DNA of 64,000 bases from Leptogorgia sarmentosa (taxonomy: Eukaryota): the NCBI GenBank assembly GCA_964658305.1, contig OZ210885.1, forward strand, positions 11,222,001 to 11,286,000. Direction: 5' to 3'. Positions 62,099-64,000 of the stretch are shown piece after piece; the stretch's first letter is position 1; each line of letters starts with the position of its first letter. The translations under genes and the position numbers were made by a program. The notes under the pieces are model-generated. The model was given only the letters and a program-made list of their open reading frames with translations. It was not told where the DNA came from and did not search any database.

Positions 62099-64000
62099 CT
62101 AAACAGATTTTTAAATTTGTTAATAATAACGGTCACAAAAATGAGCGGTGTTGTAGGGAGGATTAAACCAAACTAAACTAAACTTTAGTCTGCTATATGC
62201 GTAATGAATTTGTTGTGCTTTGTTTTCCATGTATAATGCCTTGATTACCCTAGCTTTGAGCACTCTTTCAAAATGATTTTATTAACCAATTAACCTACTT
62301 GGGCACATTGTTATAAAAGTTTGCCTAACATAAATTATACGCAAACATATATGAATATTAGATAAATATTGATCACGTAAAAATGGCTAAATTTTCTCGA
62401 TCATACCCTCCTACTCGACCTCATGTAGTAATTTTATAGTTATTTCAGTATTTTATAGCTTCGAAATAATTTTCTATATAATGTCAATAGCTTACAAAAT
62501 ACACTGACGTAGCGAGTTACAGCTCGAAGTTAGTATTCTGTTATGTAATGGTTTTTTAAAAATTAATCCTTTAATATTTGAGATCAGTGGCTATGCTTTA
62601 CCATATTTGTAGTGTCCATGATCCTTTGCGCGTACGCGTGAGCAGCTGAGAGCACAGAATGAGCGCGTCCTTTTCAAATTTTTAAAATTAACACTAACTT
62701 ATCGGTGCTTAATTTCGCGTGACATTATTTTTGCGATTGGAAAAACATCGCGAAATTAAAGTCACGCTAATAAAAATCCCCGCGAAATTTACACACGCGA
62801 AATTAAATAGCCTAGTAAAAAAATTGAAATTATTTAATTATAAAAGTCTTAATAAATACGCCCAATCACATGTTTAATTAAGAAGTTTGGAATAGCGAAC
62901 GTATAGTCATCGGTACAAAAGAGCTTTCCCTTGAAGATCAGTTTCTAAAATCTTGATGTCTCCAATGAGTTTTATATGAAAAGAAAAATCATTATGGACT
63001 GCTTAAAAGTAACCTATACATTCTGTTGTGGTTCTGACTTTCTTAAAAAGCTGTAGTTTATTATATTTTTTTAATTTCAAATAGCTAACTGTGATAAATA
63101 ATGTTCAGGAAAAACAGTATTTCGCGAAAGTTAATGCACAATTATCGCATATAGGTGAACAAAATAAATTTCAGACGCGAAGTTTAGGTAAATTTGAGCT
63201 CACTATTATACATGATTTAGGCCATATTTATACTGCCATGTGTTCTTTTGCATTTACTGATTTACAAACTATTTTTGTTCAGGATTTTTGAAGGAAAGTG
63301 TGATAATGGTATGGCAATGTAAACACAGTATCGGTATAATAAACAATTATAGAATGAGGTCGAGTAGGATATGAGGAATTATTAAGGCCGAGGTTTCTGT
63401 TAATTGCCGAACACAAACTGAGGCCTTAATAATTCAGCGAGTCCTGTGAGAACCGAAATTAATAATTGTTTTATTATTTCATTAGTATCTTCATCCGACT
63501 TAGCGTATAAACGGTTGCATTATATTATAAACAAGAACTTGCATTTTTCGCCCTTTTAATCTAAGGAGCATAAATTAGTCGACGTCGTAATATCAACGCT
63601 AAAATTCCTGTTTTTTTTGTCATTTACATTGTCAACTTTGATCAAAAAAGTTTATTGAACGTGTACTACAATGATATTTCGCCAAACACGCGTGCAATTT
63701 TTCATTAATACTTCTCGAAGCGTGTAATTTCCTATACTAATTGAAATTATAAAATTTTTAAAAACTCATTCGTATCTACAAACGACGTAGCTACAACTCT
63801 TATGCGCTGATTAAATAAGAATGAGAATTGTTAGAGTTGATAAGCAAGAGTTTGTACAAGATTTCTGTTAACACTCTCACGCGGGCCAAACGAGGGTATA
63901 ATTAGAGTTGATGAGCGTTGACTAGTCATTGATGTTAATGACTGATCAAATGAGCACGAACTCTCATCAACTCTCTTGAACCAGTTCAAGGTCGATGACA

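Overview
AT-rich eukaryotic (animal) genomic DNA with spliceosomal introns; the repeat content suggests a cnidarian such as a coral, but that is inference. There are three zones. (1) 1.2-28.3 kb: the 3' part of a + strand gene. A MACPF-like exon splices in frame through three 33-nt micro-exons into a TRAF/MATH exon that carries a premature TAA. Its 21-kb intron holds a decayed BEL/Pao LTR element and a multi-level transposon nest. The most unusual member of the nest is a young, non-autonomous split-direct-repeat element (A1...B1-A2-x-B2; DIRS/Ngaro/PAT/TOC1-like). It has a palindromic B-A junction, a 121-bp array of covarying palindromes, an orphan ORF and a telomere-like 19-mer array, and that array is interrupted by a nearly intact Gypsy. 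(2) 31-51.8 kb: a dense cluster of intact and decaying tRNA genes built by direct and inverted block duplication, interrupted by an internally rearranged Gypsy. (3) 53.6-62.1 kb: the 3' part of a - strand gene with five tandem 123-nt calcium-binding EGF exons and a transmembrane exon. A full-length PIF/Harbinger element (frameshifted transposase plus intact Myb/SANT gene) sits in its last intron. Penelope-type minimal hammerhead-ribozyme fold-backs and several MITEs are also present. All coordinates were read by eye and no database searches were run.
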